A stretch of 64,000 nt of DNA. Origin: an uncultured Bacilli bacterium (GTDB taxonomy: Bacteria > Bacillota_I > Bacilli_A > RF39 > UBA660). Of this stretch, positions 62,457 through 64,000 are shown in pieces. The DNA is taken from positions 4,771-68,770 of the forward strand of contig CAKPRO010000006.1 in NCBI GenBank assembly GCA_934182615.1. Direction: 5' to 3'. How positions within the stretch are numbered: position 1 is the first letter of the stretch; the number at the start of each line of letters is the position of its first letter. The notes beneath the pieces were generated by a model. It saw only the letters and a list, made by a program, of their open reading frames with translations, was not told where the DNA came from and made no database searches. The position numbers and the translations under genes are program-made.

Positions 62457-64000
62457 AACACTTCACCATCCTTCTTATTCAAATCTGGAAATGACATATT
62501 ATCACTACTAATAATCTCCGGTTTCAACTTATTATTCTCAATAACAGGTATACCTTTCTTATTATTACTACTATCAGTAGTCTTCCAGATAATATTACTA
62601 TTATTCTCTAACAAATCATAAATACTAGATTCTTTTTTAGAAGGTGTATTATCTTTCTTATTATCAGAAACTTCCATCTTCTTAGTAGTATCTTCTTCTT
62701 TAAACAAAGTCTCTTCCTTCTTAGGAGAAATCTCTTTCTTAATAGGAATTTCTTTTTCTATCTTAGGAGGATCTATCTTTTTCTCTTCTACTTTAGTCTC
62801 TTCCCATAAAGGAAATTCCGTATCCTCTGCTATACTACTCTCTGCTTCCTTAAGTAAACTATTCTCTAATGGCTTATTAGGAGTTATCCTAGTATTCTCA
62901 AATAATTCATCAGTATCAAAATCACTACTAAAAGACATAACCTCATCTAATGTCTTATTCTTAAGAGGATTCTTAATATCAACTCTATCTTCCTTAACAT
63001 CACTCTCTTTAGGTAAAATATTATCATATTCACTAGAAGTATTTATCTTTTTATCATTATTCTTCTTAATAACAGTCTCATCTTGTAATTTCTTCATTTT
63101 CTCTGCTACTTCTAACTGCTCTTTAAGTTTAGCCTCTTCAATAAGTTTTTGTCTTCTTACTCTAGCAGCTTCAATCTTTTGCTCTTCTGCTATCTTCTTT
63201 TGTCTTTCAACTTGTTCTTCATGTCTAGCCTTCTTAATCTGTTCTTCTTTTTGTCTATTTTCATTCTTAATAAGTTCTTCTAATACATTTTTAAATTCCT
63301 TAGAATTATTCTCTTCATCTATCTCATATAAAAGTTTATTTCTCTTTTCCCTTTCTTCTTTTAAGTATTCATAATTCTTAATATCATTACTCTCTAACTT
63401 AATAGTATTATATTGTTTAAACAATTCACTACTTATATTTTTATATAACTCAGTACCAGTAATATTCTTTAATATATTATCAATAGTATTTCTCTTATCT
63501 AATAATTCATCATAATTAGCAGTCTTCTTATCATATATATTAATTAAATTAATAATATTAACATCTTCATTATATCTAGTATATAACATATTAACATCAT
63601 TAAGAATATTATTACACTCTAAAATATATTCTGAATCAGATAATTCATTAGCGGTCTTCAAATTCTCTTTAGCTAAAGAAACAGCATATTTAAATTCAGC
63701 ATGTTTTCTTAAAATATCCTCTTTCTTATCCATAAGTCTATATAGACCTTGTTTTTCTAAAGAAGAACCCACTAATGTAATCATTTTCTTCTCTAAACTC
63801 TCATTAAGTCTAGTATTAGCCTTAACATTTCTAGAAGCTTCACTAATCTTAACATCAAGAATTTTCATTTCTCTAATAATTTTTTCTTGTTTAGCCTTAT
63901 TCTCCTCATATTTTTCTATAATAGATAATCTCTTTTCATAAGTATCTAATTTATCTTCACCCAAAAAAGAAGTAAGTTCAACTAGTGAACCAGTTATCTT
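62438..64000 (-). CDS. Acidic coiled-coil protein of unknown function (5' end may lie beyond the window)
   Basis: The frame stays open to position 64000 (..KITGSLVELTSFLGEDKL..). The track start at 63964 is a TTG. Confidence 0.5.
   Translation of the reverse strand, partial: KITGSLVELTSFLGEDKLDTYEKRLSIIEKYEENKAKQEKIIREMKILDVKISEASRNVKANTRLNESLEKKMITLVGSSLEKQGLYRLMDKKEDILRKHAEFKYAVSLAKENLKTANELSDSEYILECNNILNDVNMLYTRYNEDVNIINLINIYDKKTANYDELLDKRNTIDNILKNITGTELYKNISSELFKQYNTIKLESNDIKNYEYLKEEREKRNKLLYEIDEENNSKEFKNVLEELIKNENRQKEEQIKKARHEEQVERQKKIAEEQKIEAARVRRQKLIEEAKLKEQLEVAEKMKKLQDETVIKKNNDKKINTSSEYDNILPKESDVKEDRVDIKNPLKNKTLDEVMSFSSDFDTDELFENTRITPNKPLENSLLKEAESSIAEDTEFPLWEETKVEEKKIDPPKIEKEIPIKKEISPKKEETLFKEEDTTKKMEVSDNKKDNTPSKKESSIYDLLENNSNIIWKTTDSSNNKKGIPVIENNKLKPEIISSDNMSFPDLNKKDGEVLWKETL

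Overview
This is a very AT-rich chromosomal segment from a spore-forming Firmicute, shown by sigE/spoIIGA and spoIVFA/spoIVFB. Nearly all genes are on the minus strand. Core genes recognised are smc (5' fragment), mraZ-rsmH-ftsL-pbp, rplU-prp-rpmA, tRNA-Ala and tRNA-Pro, lexA, ruvA, ddl, pnp, rpsO, ruvB and scpA/scpB. Accessory blocks sit between them. (i) A roughly 20 kb stretch (about 1-21.7 kb) holds six GNAT acetyltransferases, one hexapeptide acetyltransferase, three S51 (PepE-like) peptidase paralogs plus one remnant, two ABC transporters and an alkaline-phosphatase-family enzyme. (ii) Three surface-protein loci encode proteins with SipW-type signal peptides. (iii) Two copies of a module pair an adenylate-forming enzyme with a membrane histidine-kinase-like/receiver protein that lacks the phospho-acceptor His. 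The strongest non-coding signals follow. (a) A conserved leader of about 250 nt precedes all three surface-protein loci. Each leader ORF contains a G tract (9, 6 and 10 nt), and in one frame out of three the ORF runs into a conserved intrinsic terminator. This is a candidate slipped-strand phase switch acting through translation-dependent antitermination. (b) A family of at least 9 twin-hairpin repeats of about 55-70 nt has conserved AGACU/AGGCU cores and compensatory stem changes, placed just 3' of stop codons or abutting downstream Shine-Dalgarno (SD) sites. (c) A T-box leader is left in front of a decayed tyrS remnant. (d) A LexA-box-controlled small membrane ORF is divergent from lexA. (e) Several leader-terminator attenuator candidates are present. 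I saw no CRISPR array, rRNA, transposase, integrase or prophage genes. All calls come from reading the sequence and ORF translations by eye, and no searches were run.
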